Virus record (IMG/VR): IMGVR_UViG_3300048591_000147
Span: 1-64,000 of that record
Reading direction: 5' to 3' (one strand)
Source: a virus
DNA length: 64,000 bases
Program-made: the position numbers and the translations under genes
The notes under the pieces: model-generated
What the model was told of the DNA's origin: nothing
Database searches by the model: none
The model's input: the letters and a program-made list of their open reading frames with translations, nothing else
Shown: positions 28,828-37,242 of the stretch, piece by piece
Layout of the letters: each line of letters begins with the position of its first letter
How positions within the stretch are numbered: position 1 is the stretch's first letter

Positions 28828-29050
28828 AGTTGAGTTGGTGATTAACGAGGACAATTTTAAGCCATTCTATAAAGTAGAACTGTATGTATCCGTAGAAGGG
28901 TTACAGGACTTGAGGCATTCTAAAATTGCACGTTATACCACGGAAGCATTAGGTACAACAGTTCTCGAAGAAATTGAAAAATTCACTATTCAATTCGAAG
29001 AACATATGAAGGCCCAGATAGCGCGGGAATTAAAGCCGGTTACACCATAA
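28808..29050 (+). CDS. Hypothetical protein (80 aa)
   Basis: ORF. Confidence 0.4.
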   Translation: MKFMKNKVELVINEDNFKPFYKVELYVSVEGLQDLRHSKIARYTTEALGTTVLEEIEKFTIQFEEHMKAQIARELKPVTP

Positions 29051-29080
29051 ATAGTTTTAAGTTCATATAGGAGAAGCACC

Positions 29081-29440
29081 ATGAACAAATTTTTAATGGT
29101 TTTGGTATTGATCACATCACTGTTTACAACTAGTGTTAATGCTGGTAGTGATGTAAGATTGATCTACGATAATGGTAATTTCGCTGTAGCCGTAGATCGA
29201 TATGATGATAGCGGATACTATAATAGAGGAAATTACTATTATGGTGATAGATATGTACCGCCCCAGTACCGCCCATATGATCCTTACGGAAGATATGTAC
29301 CGCCTCAGTATCGCCCATATGGTTATTATGGTATTACTAGATATAATCACCGCTACTATCGTCATGATCGTCGATTTGACAATCGTAGAGAATATAGGCG
29401 TGATAGATATAATAGACGTTATGATAGGTGGGATCGTTAA
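29081..29440 (+). CDS. Secreted Tyr/Arg-rich low-complexity protein with a duplicated 'RYVPPQYRPY' motif
   Basis: Signal peptide 'MNKFLMVLVLITSLFTTSVNA'. The mature part is ~30% Tyr+Arg. Confidence 0.5.
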   Translation: MNKFLMVLVLITSLFTTSVNAGSDVRLIYDNGNFAVAVDRYDDSGYYNRGNYYYGDRYVPPQYRPYDPYGRYVPPQYRPYGYYGITRYNHRYYRHDRRFDNRREYRRDRYNRRYDRWDR

Positions 29441-29616
29441 TTGAGAGAGTTGTATATCGCGCTAAGATATGGCGAGTGGCAATTCGGTTATAGTAACGAA
29501 CAGGAATGGTCGAACAAGAAGTTGTTCGGCTATTTTTCGATGTATTATAATGGGCATCACAAAGTTCTCCATGTGTGGAGATTCTATATCGCTGTTTATT
29601 ACTAAGGATTTGGTCA

Positions 29617-29784
29617 ATGAAGACTATCAATGAAATACTCTCAGGAGGTTGTAAACCCGGTGAGTTAGTGGTACTATTTGCGAATCCTAGCACTGGTAAG
29701 TCAATTTGGAAAGAATTACAAATGGCGAAGTGCTTGGCTGAAGCTGACTCACAACAACCCTCAAATGAGAATGACGATGGATAA
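29617..29784 (+). CDS. Small hypothetical protein (55 aa)
   Basis: Internal start of ORF 29575..29784, with SD. Confidence 0.3.
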   Translation: MKTINEILSGGCKPGELVVLFANPSTGKSIWKELQMAKCLAEADSQQPSNENDDG

Positions 29785-29974
29785 TAATGTGCTAGCTGGT
29801 GGTTTACTTGGCGCATTCATGTTGAAGCATTTGTATGATGAAAACGTCAAACGTGACGAGTTAAACAATCAGCGAATTGTTAACGCAGTCCTCAGTATCA
29901 AGCCGATTGAAGACGTAGTGACTCCAGCAGAGGAAATTTACGAAGCTCCTAAATCTGTCTGGCCATTCGTATAA
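29777..29974 (+). CDS. Small hypothetical protein (~65 aa, one TM)
   Basis: Internal start of ORF 29678..29974. Confidence 0.3.
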   Translation: MDNNVLAGGLLGAFMLKHLYDENVKRDELNNQRIVNAVLSIKPIEDVVTPAEEIYEAPKSVWPFV

Positions 29975-29994
29975 ACCATAAAAGGATAAATGCT

Positions 29995-30267
29995 ATGAGA
30001 GTTTATGAGAAAGACCCGGAATTTCACTATACGGTGTTTGGTAACTCCGTACAGATTAAAGAACAGTGCGAGCATTGGAAAATGGTAGAGCATAAAGAAA
30101 GGCTAGAAGCGGCATGCGAACAAGCATACCAAGTCGTTGGGTTAATTGCGTTGGAAGATAGTGAGCGTTTTAAGAGTTTAAAAACACTACTTGACAATCT
30201 TCTTGCAGCGATGAATAATAGACCACTACCACATTCGGATGTACTACCATGGTCCAAGAAGTCATAA
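29995..30267 (+). CDS. Hypothetical protein (90 aa)
   Basis: ORF. Confidence 0.45.
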   Translation: MRVYEKDPEFHYTVFGNSVQIKEQCEHWKMVEHKERLEAACEQAYQVVGLIALEDSERFKSLKTLLDNLLAAMNNRPLPHSDVLPWSKKS

Positions 30268-30647
30268 CGATACAAAATTTTGAGAAATTCACGGGGCAGG
30301 AAGTCTTTGATTACGTGGTTTCGAAAATCTTTGGACAGGGTGAGCCAGCTTTCGATAACGAACGTGGAATATGTTGTTATCGATTAGGTGATCTGAAATG
30401 CGCCGCTGGACATCTAATACCAGACTCAATGTATAGTCTACATCTAGAAAGTTTTGATTGGCTTAAATTGGTAGCTCTTAAGAGAGTACCTGATGCTCAT
30501 TGCCAACTGATTAAACAGTTACAATCAACGCATGATACGGTTGCCATAAATTTCTCAGGCGAATTATTTTTGAAAAAATTTGATTACTGGTGTGGTGATC
30601 TCGCAAGAGACAATAATTTAACGTATGTGAGAAAATATGAAGACTAA
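30249..30647 (+). CDS. 'KCAAGHLIPD'-family protein, copy 1 (132 aa)
   Basis: Paralog family: 'E(V/I)FDYVV', 'L(K/R)CAAGHLI', 'H....LI.QLQ..HD', C-terminal 'LTY(V/E)RKYED'. Confidence 0.55.
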   Translation: MVQEVITIQNFEKFTGQEVFDYVVSKIFGQGEPAFDNERGICCYRLGDLKCAAGHLIPDSMYSLHLESFDWLKLVALKRVPDAHCQLIKQLQSTHDTVAINFSGELFLKKFDYWCGDLARDNNLTYVRKYED

Positions 30648-31029
30648 AACTATAACAATAAATAATTTACACGAATTCACAGAACAAGAAGTTTTTGATT
30701 ATGTGGTTGAAAAGACCTTTCAACAAGGTGTACCGTCTTATAACGCGAAAGAACATCGTTGTTATTATAGACTTAATGGACTTAAATGTGCTGCTGGCCA
30801 TTTAATACCAGACGATTTTGATGTCGGATTGCTTTCCAATAGCACTTGGACTACACTAGTCCAAGACGGTTATGTTCCAGTCGTTCATAGTTGTTTGATA
30901 CAGCAATTACAAATCGCACACGATAGTGCCGCGATCAGGTCCGTACCATTTTTGCGTGGAATTGATGCCCGTTTGGCACAAGTAGCCGAAGATTTTAACC
31001 TCACCTATGAGCGAAAATATGAAGACTAA
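30637..31029 (+). CDS. 'KCAAGHLIPD'-family protein, copy 2 (130 aa)
   Basis: As copy 1. Confidence 0.55.
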   Translation: MKTKTITINNLHEFTEQEVFDYVVEKTFQQGVPSYNAKEHRCYYRLNGLKCAAGHLIPDDFDVGLLSNSTWTTLVQDGYVPVVHSCLIQQLQIAHDSAAIRSVPFLRGIDARLAQVAEDFNLTYERKYED

Positions 31030-31288
31030 AATTATAACAACAGAAAATCTTGATGAAGTTACGGCTCAGGAAGTTTTTGATTATGTCACAGGTAAGGTTA
31101 TAGAACAGGGTAAGCCTTCTATAGATTTAGAACGTGATACATGCGTGTATAATGACGGCAAATTACGGTGTGCTGCCGGTCATCTTATCCCAAGTTCAGT
31201 GAATACCAAGAAATGGGACTCTCATATGTATACATGGCTTCAACTTATTGAACAGGATCTAGTACCTGACAATCATTGTGATCTGTAA
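31007..31288 (+). pseudogene. 'KCAAGHLIPD'-family copy 3, truncated at 93 aa (frameshift or premature stop)
   Basis: The conserved N-terminal 2/3 is present. The ORF stops at 'DNHCDL*' where the paralogs continue ~40 aa. A +1 frame stays open to ~31444. Confidence 0.4.
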
Positions 31289-31335
31289 AATGTTGAAGGA
31301 AAAGTTCAATATTGATGCTCAAATCATCAGCTTAG

Positions 31336-31599
31336 ATGATGGGGAAGATTCGACTAGATTTGAAGATTACACAAAATTTAAACTGCGTGGTAATTGGCAG
31401 ATCAAAGAGGCACAACTCGCACGAGCATCTATTGATGACTGAACCATGCCCATATTGTTCTCGGGCAATTCTAATCGGGGACGGTTGGAGTATACATGCT
31501 CGCATCATAAAGTGCCCGCATTGTAGGAAAAAGATTTCATTACTGTGGGATGAAGATGGCTCTGGAGAAGGTTGGTTCTATTTTGAAAAGGAAGAGTAA
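31336..31599 (+). CDS. Zinc-ribbon protein (CPYC...CPHC)
   Basis: Two CxxC pairs. 87 aa. Confidence 0.45.
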   Translation: MMGKIRLDLKITQNLNCVVIGRSKRHNSHEHLLMTEPCPYCSRAILIGDGWSIHARIIKCPHCRKKISLLWDEDGSGEGWFYFEKEE

Positions 31600-32093
31600 T
31601 GAGATTAAATGAAGTGCATGATGAAGATGCCAAGGTCATATGCGGGTTTCCCGGAGTAGGAAAGACAACACTATATAAAGAATTGAAAGATACTAAAGCT
31701 AAAGTATTGGATTCTGATAGCAGTCAGTTCGACAAAAAAGAATTCCCCGACAATTATATAAAGCATATAAAAGAGTCTACCAAAAAGGGATACACTGTGT
31801 TAGCATCATCTCACGATGTTGTGAGAGATGCGTTAATACAGAACAAAATACCGTTTATTCTGGTTTACCCTTCGGCAGAATTGAAAGAAGAATACCTGAA
31901 ACGTTACGCTGATCGTGGAAGTCCTACCCCATTCATTACCTTATTAGAAAAGAATTGGGATAAATGGATTGGAGAGTGTGATTCAATTAAAAACGATTTA
32001 GTTAAAAAGATAAAGTTAAAAGCTGGCGAGTATATTTCACTGGACAAGATCAACGAAAAAGGTGATAATGATGGACGATCAAGCAAAAATTAA
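31599..32093 (+). CDS. P-loop NTPase / nucleotide kinase-like protein
   Basis: Walker A 'GFPGVGKTT'. 164 aa. Confidence 0.5.
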   Translation: MRLNEVHDEDAKVICGFPGVGKTTLYKELKDTKAKVLDSDSSQFDKKEFPDNYIKHIKESTKKGYTVLASSHDVVRDALIQNKIPFILVYPSAELKEEYLKRYADRGSPTPFITLLEKNWDKWIGECDSIKNDLVKKIKLKAGEYISLDKINEKGDNDGRSSKN

Positions 32094-32355
32094 ACAATTT
32101 CTTGACTTGTTTGAGAAGCGCACTAAGACCTCTGATAGCTATGCTTCTAGGGCTTTGTATAAATTGCTTAGAGAATATGAATCAAAGCTACCAAATATTG
32201 ATGACTACTTCCATAAAGCATTCCGCCAGATAGATGTTACCGACAGTGGCAATATCGACATGGCTATTTGGCTACTGATCAATGAATCGGATGATTTCTG
32301 GTATTGTTATGGTGTTGTTAATAAAGATAAACCAGAAGAGGATGCAATAGTATGA
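32071..32355 (+). CDS. Hypothetical protein (~94 aa)
   Basis: ORF 32062..32355. ATG at 32071. Confidence 0.4.
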   Translation: MDDQAKIKQFLDLFEKRTKTSDSYASRALYKLLREYESKLPNIDDYFHKAFRQIDVTDSGNIDMAIWLLINESDDFWYCYGVVNKDKPEEDAIV

Positions 32356-32627
32356 GTATGTCAATGCGTGTTGTGGGATTAATCCCAGTAGATGGTAGAT
32401 GGCGAGCAATGAAGGCTGTTTGGGATTCTTGTCTACAATTAAAAATCGAACCACCAGTTGAAGTTGTAAATTTTTTTGAGGGGGAATACCCCGAAGAAGA
32501 AGAGTCCACAGTCACATCATTGGATTATGTCAGAAAATATAATTCTGAGATGCGCGAGGGTCTAGAAGTAGACTTAAAGCATGTGCCAAAAGATGTACAG
32601 ACGATCAGATTCTATTGCTCATGGTAA
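32352..32627 (+). CDS. Hypothetical protein (91 aa)
   Basis: ORF. Confidence 0.4.
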   Translation: MSMSMRVVGLIPVDGRWRAMKAVWDSCLQLKIEPPVEVVNFFEGEYPEEEESTVTSLDYVRKYNSEMREGLEVDLKHVPKDVQTIRFYCSW

Positions 32628-32634
32628 AACAATT

Positions 32635-33021
32635 ATGAATATAACAACAAAAAACTTACACGAATACACAGAGCAGCAAATTTTTGATTATGTGGTAGAT
32701 AAACTATTTACTCAAAATAGAGCTAGTATTAATGAAGATGATCATTGCCAATATCGTGGTGAGAACGGTATTAAATGTGCTGCCGGTCATTTAATAGCAG
32801 ATGAGGATTATGATCGCTCGTTTGAAGGTGCTATCTGGAGTGAATTGGTTGATAATGGTGATGTACCAAAGGAACATTTCAATTTGATTGGAAAATTACA
32901 ACAGATGCATGATTCTGTTGCATTTAACAATAGTGGGTGGTTCGCTAGCATGTTGGATTACGCTGCTGACGAATTGGCTTCAGAACTACATCTGAAATAT
33001 ACCAGAAAAAATTTCAGTTGA
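32635..33021 (+). CDS. 'KCAAGHLIPD'-family protein, copy 4 (128 aa)
   Basis: 'MNITTKNLHEYTEQQIFDYVVDK' aligns with the copy 1-3 N-termini. 'IKCAAGHLIADED'. Confidence 0.55.
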   Translation: MNITTKNLHEYTEQQIFDYVVDKLFTQNRASINEDDHCQYRGENGIKCAAGHLIADEDYDRSFEGAIWSELVDNGDVPKEHFNLIGKLQQMHDSVAFNNSGWFASMLDYAADELASELHLKYTRKNFS

Positions 33022-33046
33022 CAGCAGCACTAAATAGATGTAAGAT
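33018..33046 (+). promoter_or_regulatory. Sigma70-type promoter TTGACA-N17-TAAGAT in front of the tRNA cluster
   Basis: Exact -35 hexamer. 17-nt spacer. Confidence 0.5.
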
Positions 33047-33055
33047 ACACAAACT

Positions 33056-33146
33056 AACTCGTTGTAACATTCAACTGGAAAGAATAAATCGCTACGAACG
33101 ATTTACGTGCAGGTTCGACTCCTGTCAACGGGGCCAGAATTAAGAA
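33056..33146 (+). tRNA. tRNA-Arg(ACG)-like with an atypical 5' region
   Basis: Acceptor ctcgttg/caacggg. Perfect anticodon stem aatcg/cgatt with loop ctACGaa. T arm gcagg-ttcgact-cctgt. Has 4 nt instead of 2 between acceptor and D stem. ~91 nt. Confidence 0.35.
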
Positions 33147-33151
33147 TATGT

Positions 33152-33226
33152 AGCGGTGAAGCTAAATGGTCAAGCACGGTCCTTTGAAGTCCGTATTAGA
33201 AAGTTCGATTCTTTCCACCGTTGCCA
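33152..33226 (+). tRNA. tRNA-Gln (anticodon TTG)
   Basis: Acceptor agcggtg/caccgtt. Anticodon stem cggtc/gtccg (one U.U) with loop ctTTGaa. T arm gaaag-ttcgatt-ctttc. CCA encoded. Confidence 0.55.
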
Positions 33227-33240
33227 AAATTAGAAGTAAT

Positions 33241-33316
33241 GCCACTGTAGCTCAATTGCTAGAGCTTCTGAGTGAAGATCAGAGAGTTGGAGGTTGGAGT
33301 CCTCTCGGTGGCACCA
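33241..33316 (+). tRNA. tRNA-Phe (anticodon GAA)
   Basis: Acceptor gccactg/cggtggc. D stem gctc/gagc. Anticodon stem tctga/tcaga with loop gtGAAga. T arm ggagg-ttggagt-cctct (unusual T loop). CCA encoded. 76 nt. Confidence 0.55.
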
Positions 33317-33325
33317 AAATTCAAT

Positions 33326-33396
33326 GCGGGTATGGTATAGTGGTTGTGCCGTAGCCTTCCAAGCTTCAGACGCGGTTTCGATTACCGCTACCCGCT
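33326..33396 (+). tRNA. tRNA-like gene (perfect acceptor gcgggta/tacccgc and T arm; anticodon arm not resolvable)
   Basis: 71 nt. T arm gcggt-ttcgatt-accgc. Confidence 0.3.
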
Positions 33397-33409
33397 AGTT
33401 TTCAAAACG

Positions 33410-33417
33410 TATAAATA
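33410..33417 (+). promoter_or_regulatory. Late promoter motif TATAAATA upstream of the GIY-YIG gene
   Basis: Exact octamer ~20 nt upstream of the 33438 ATG. Confidence 0.4.
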
Positions 33418-33437
33418 CATAGAAATGAGAATTTTCT

Positions 33438-34313
33438 ATGAAAGTTTATACCGTATATAAAACCACAAACATCGTAAATAACAAATATTATATCGGCGTA
33501 CATAAGACTGCCAATCCAAATGATGATTATCTTGGTTCTGGCACCGTCTTCAAGTTAGCAATCAAAAAATACGGAAAACAAAACTTCAAAAAAGAAGTTT
33601 TGTTTGTATTTGATGATTTAAAAGACGCATATGAAAAAGAATATGAATTAGTTAATGAAGCATTTGTAAAATGTGAAGATAATTATAACTTGCACATTGG
33701 TGGGTCTGGTGGATTAGCTTTTGAATACATCAACAATGATGTTGAATTTAGAAAAGCAAAGAATAGAAAAGCCCAAGCCGCCATGATAGCTACTGGATAT
33801 TATAAAACACCAGAACATAAAGCTAAAATGTCTGAGTTAAGGAAACAAGAATATAAAGAAGGTAAAAGAGTAGTTAATCCAGAATTTCCAAATGCTTTTA
33901 AAGGAAAGAAACATTCTGAAGAAACTTTAAGAAAAATGAGTGAGTCATCGAAAGGTGTAACTGCGGGGGAGAAAAATTCGCAGTTTGGCACTAGATGGTG
34001 TAATGATGGCGTGAATAATATCAAAATATCCAAGGGTGGGGAAATTCCAGAAGGCTACCACTTGGGTAAAGTTAAACTGGCTAAAGAGCAGCGCAAGCCG
34101 CGTATAGTAAAGTCACAAAAGAAACATGATAATTATGATTTTGGTGCACCAAGAAGAAAAGCTACAATAGAAGATATTAAAATTGCATTATTAAAACATG
34201 ATAAAAACATAAACGATGCGATGGTTAGTTTAGGATATAAAGCGAATAGTTCAGGCAACTCTAGATATAGATTTGAAAAGGTGTTAAAAGCACTTGACAT
34301 CAGCACTAAATAG
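33438..34313 (+). CDS. GIY-YIG homing endonuclease (Seg-like) with a C-terminal DNA-binding extension
   Basis: 'KVYTVYKTTNIVNNKYYIGVHKT' ... 'YNLHIGGSGG'. Confidence 0.7.
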   Translation: MKVYTVYKTTNIVNNKYYIGVHKTANPNDDYLGSGTVFKLAIKKYGKQNFKKEVLFVFDDLKDAYEKEYELVNEAFVKCEDNYNLHIGGSGGLAFEYINNDVEFRKAKNRKAQAAMIATGYYKTPEHKAKMSELRKQEYKEGKRVVNPEFPNAFKGKKHSEETLRKMSESSKGVTAGEKNSQFGTRWCNDGVNNIKISKGGEIPEGYHLGKVKLAKEQRKPRIVKSQKKHDNYDFGAPRRKATIEDIKIALLKHDKNINDAMVSLGYKANSSGNSRYRFEKVLKALDISTK

Positions 34314-34336
34314 AAGTATCATAGCAACATATCAAT

Positions 34337-34423
34337 TGGATCGTCACCCAGTGGACGAAGGTAGCGGGCTTTTAACCCGATTGCGAAAGCACAACGTGGG
34401 TTCGAATCCCACCGATCCAACCA
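34337..34423 (+). tRNA. Type-II-like tRNA gene (anticodon loop cuuuuaa; identity uncertain), copy 1
   Basis: Perfect acceptor tggatcg/cgatcca, T arm gtggg-ttcgaat-cccac, CCA encoded. Anticodon stem cggg/cccg. 15-nt variable arm. Confidence 0.5.
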
Positions 34424-34450
34424 TTTTATCCCTCCAAAAATAAAGCCGCC

Positions 34451-34843
34451 ATGCGCATAGTCATCGAAATTCCTGACGACCAAGTTCCACCATCCTTTAT
34501 TACGCCACTATACCCTTCCGGTTATGCCGAGGATAATTTACACGATCTATTAATAAATAATTCCGCATTACACATATTTGATAATAAGATGTTGATGACG
34601 ATATCACAGGATGTCGCAGACGATCATAAATTAGCATATAAAGATGCATGTGATGCTCATTTAGCATTCCTAAAACTCTTACAACAAAACATGAGAATAG
34701 AGTCAGGCGACTCTAAAGAGAAAGTTCTGATTGACGGCTTGACTGAGGTAGCGAAGGATTGGTATGATGGTTGTCCTAAGTCGATGAACTTTGTTTCAAG
34801 AACCCTTAAACTCCTTAAAACATATATGGGAAACCCAAAATGA
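34451..34843 (+). CDS. Hypothetical protein (130 aa)
   Basis: ORF with SD. Confidence 0.45.
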   Translation: MRIVIEIPDDQVPPSFITPLYPSGYAEDNLHDLLINNSALHIFDNKMLMTISQDVADDHKLAYKDACDAHLAFLKLLQQNMRIESGDSKEKVLIDGLTEVAKDWYDGCPKSMNFVSRTLKLLKTYMGNPK

Positions 34844-35034
34844 GTGCTGCATTACAAGTTGGAAAAGCCATTGATATTCTTTCAAAATATGAAGAAATCT
34901 CTATTGCTGCTGATCATGATGAAATTTATTTAGGTGTTGGGTATGAGAATACCGTTTCATTGGAAGATGAAACCGCTTTGAAAGAACTCGGTTTTCGAGA
35001 GAATAGTCACAATTATTGGCGCAAGTACATTTGA
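34840..35034 (+). CDS. Hypothetical protein (64 aa)
   Basis: ORF, overlapping start. Confidence 0.4.
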   Translation: MSAALQVGKAIDILSKYEEISIAADHDEIYLGVGYENTVSLEDETALKELGFRENSHNYWRKYI

Positions 35035-35085
35035 CAGTGGCCGAATGGTCAGGTAAGATACATCCACACTAAATAGGATACACCA

Positions 35086-35361
35086 ATGTTTTTCTTATCA
35101 GCGTTTTTGATATTCTTGACTGTAGTGTTTTTTATAGCGACTCTGAACTCGTACAAATACGATCTTGTCTATATGATATTAACAGTCGTCTTGCTAATAT
35201 CAAGTCTGATGGCTCTAGACATCGCTATGACAGAGCGGTCGTGCACAGTAACGTGGAATATGTCAAATACACCATCACAGTATACAATTCTAACGGGTTG
35301 TATGATTAAAGTAGATGGTAAATGGATTCCTGCTAGAAATTACAGGGCATTCACAGATTAA
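35086..35361 (+). CDS. 2-TM membrane protein with C-terminal 'KVDGKWIPARNY' domain, paralog of 35687..35977
   Basis: Two TM helices. The C-terminus aligns with 'KVNGVWMPDKHY'. Confidence 0.5.
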   Translation: MFFLSAFLIFLTVVFFIATLNSYKYDLVYMILTVVLLISSLMALDIAMTERSCTVTWNMSNTPSQYTILTGCMIKVDGKWIPARNYRAFTD

Positions 35362-35366
35362 TTTAA

Positions 35367-35479
35367 TGGATCGTCACCCAGTGGACGAAGGTAGCGGGCT
35401 CTTAAAATACTTTTACGAGAGTATTTTGAAACCCGATTGCGAAAGCACAACGTGGGTTCGAATCCCACCGATCCAACCA
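35367..35479 (+). tRNA. Copy 2 of the 34337 tRNA-like gene, carrying a 31-nt hairpin insertion in the anticodon loop
   Basis: Identical to copy 1 except that 'ctcttaaaatacttttacgagagtattttgaaa' replaces 'cttttaa'. The insert forms a 7-bp hairpin aaaatac/gtatttt. Confidence 0.45.
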
Positions 35480-35494
35480 ACTTACGAGTGATTT

Positions 35495-35683
35495 ATGAAG
35501 ATCGCACTAGTTCTCATGTTATACTTAGGCACTCAAAATCCTAAAATAGAAGTCATCCACGGGTTTAAACGCATGGATGTGTGTAATACGGCAGGCGAAA
35601 GAATCTTGGCCAAAAGAAATCCAGCACTAAATGATTTCGCCTGTATTATCATCGACAATAACAACCTTGTAGAACAGGAATAA
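35495..35683 (+). CDS. Small secreted or membrane protein (62 aa)
   Basis: Hydrophobic N-terminus 'MKIALVLMLYLG'. Confidence 0.35.
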   Translation: MKIALVLMLYLGTQNPKIEVIHGFKRMDVCNTAGERILAKRNPALNDFACIIIDNNNLVEQE

Positions 35684-35686
35684 GAC

Positions 35687-35977
35687 ATGTTAATCTTGGG
35701 TTTAATTTGTATCATCGTTGGTGGTTATTTATTTCTATATAACGTTAATAACGAGTATAATAGCAGCATTCTCCCAGAGGTAATGGGCATAATTATGGTA
35801 TTTCTTGGAATGCTTTTTACCACTATTGGTGCTGATAAACAGCGCTGTTATGATAAATGGGAAGAGAGTAATATCGAATTTAAATACCAAGGTATGTGTA
35901 AAGTGAAAGTTAATGGTGTCTGGATGCCTGACAAACACTATCACGTATATGATAACAACCAGATTGAGGCAAAGTAA
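35687..35977 (+). CDS. 2-TM membrane protein, paralog of 35086..35361
   Basis: See 35086. Confidence 0.5.
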   Translation: MLILGLICIIVGGYLFLYNVNNEYNSSILPEVMGIIMVFLGMLFTTIGADKQRCYDKWEESNIEFKYQGMCKVKVNGVWMPDKHYHVYDNNQIEAK

Positions 35978-36363
35978 TGAAAGTCATCATGGCATGGATT
36001 TTTTTATTTATTGTAGGTTTTGGACTCTATTACAAAGATCTAGGGTATTTCCAAGAAACTAACAGGGCTTGTATCGTCCTAGACAAGTTAGAATCGACTC
36101 ACATTGGAAAGTACACCGCAACCAATGAGTTCATTTTAGTATTAAGACTACCAGACAATACCGTGACAGACCTTGAGGTTCGCCCTCACGTCTGGTCCCA
36201 GACTAAGGAAGGTGACACATTATACTTCTTATTGTCAGATTTCGAACTACACCGCGATGGGTGGAAGTTCTTCCCCCATTTTTTCGGAATATGTTTGATG
36301 CTGATAAGTGGTATTATGACCTTGTCTCACATCGCTGTAAATAGTTATAGGAAGTTCTCCTGA
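35977..36363 (+). CDS. Membrane protein (N- and C-terminal TM), 128 aa
   Basis: Hydrophobic termini. Confidence 0.45.
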   Translation: MKVIMAWIFLFIVGFGLYYKDLGYFQETNRACIVLDKLESTHIGKYTATNEFILVLRLPDNTVTDLEVRPHVWSQTKEGDTLYFLLSDFELHRDGWKFFPHFFGICLMLISGIMTLSHIAVNSYRKFS

Positions 36364-36364
36364 A

Positions 36365-36682
36365 ATGGCGACAGCACAAAACATGGTCGGATATAAACTT
36401 TTTAGAAAGCGTGTTGACGGCACCTACGGTCCTCTTTTTATCAATAAAAAATTGCAGATGGTGAAAGATGTTGTATATCATGCAGAAGAGCACAGAACAA
36501 AGGGATACGCTTATCGTCCCGGCTGGCATATATGTAGAACTCCTGACGCGCCACACCTATCGACAAAAGGTAGAGTGTGGTGTATGGTAGAGTTTGAGCA
36601 TAAGCAGACACTGAATAGACCAGCACATCAAGGTGGAATTTGGTATCTCGGCAACACGATTAAAATTATAAAGGAAGTATGA
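36365..36682 (+). CDS. Hypothetical protein (105 aa)
   Basis: ORF. Confidence 0.45.
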   Translation: MATAQNMVGYKLFRKRVDGTYGPLFINKKLQMVKDVVYHAEEHRTKGYAYRPGWHICRTPDAPHLSTKGRVWCMVEFEHKQTLNRPAHQGGIWYLGNTIKIIKEV

Positions 36683-36685
36683 TTC

Positions 36686-37036
36686 GTGAAATACAATATT
36701 AAAGAAATGGTAAAGGATAACAAGAGAGTTAAATTCTGTTATTACAGAAGCGGTGAACTCTTTTATAAAACTGAATGCGGCTTCATGTTTCCAGTCCCAG
36801 TAAGTGATACCGGCAACGGAGTCTTTCTGGATGAAGACAAAGCAATGTTCTTTATGCGATATATCCGCAAACAGGTCCAAGCTATTAAAGATGACAACAA
36901 CGAGTTTGAATCGATCAAAGATGCTACACCATTGACACAAGATGAAAGCTTAAAGGTTTTGAGGTCTGCTGGCGTCATCAATGATAAAAACGAATTGACC
37001 GAAACATTCGGTGGTGTTGGAATGGTCACGGAATAA
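36686..37036 (+). CDS. Hypothetical protein (116 aa; GTG start, or ATG at 36707)
   Basis: ORF. SD 'aaggaag' is 8 nt upstream of the GTG. Confidence 0.4.
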   Translation: MKYNIKEMVKDNKRVKFCYYRSGELFYKTECGFMFPVPVSDTGNGVFLDEDKAMFFMRYIRKQVQAIKDDNNEFESIKDATPLTQDESLKVLRSAGVINDKNELTETFGGVGMVTE

Positions 37037-37050
37037 ACTGGAGAAATAAG

Positions 37051-37242
37051 ATGAGTAGAAATATTTGGATTGTTATGTCTGTCGTGATGTTAGTGTGTGG
37101 TATAATTCAAGCTCTTAGTTATTTCACCGGAAACTCCCTTGCGCTTGTCCAAGCATTTGCATCCTTTACATTTTCTTATGCGATGAATATTCAAGTTCAA
37201 GTATATGATCTGCGTGAAAAACTCGCAAAATTAAGTTTGTAA
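37051..37242 (+). CDS. Small membrane protein (63 aa)
   Basis: TM 'IWIVMSVVMLVCGIIQAL'. Confidence 0.4.
   Translation: MSRNIWIVMSVVMLVCGIIQALSYFTGNSLALVQAFASFTFSYAMNIQVQVYDLREKLAKLSL

Noticed and set aside
29117-29444. Three overlapping ORFs (29117..29365-, 29136..29318-, 29202..29444+) inside the YR-rich gene
   Set aside because: They are alternative frames of the low-complexity Tyr/Arg-repeat coding sequence. The signal-peptide frame (29081..29440) is the coherent one.
29337-29816. 159-aa minus-strand ORF
   Set aside because: It overlaps three co-directional plus-strand genes (29081, 29617, 29777), lacks an RBS, and lies antisense to a plus-strand operon.
36557-36940. 127-aa minus-strand ORF
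   Set aside because: Antisense to two co-directional plus-strand genes in a long plus-strand operon.
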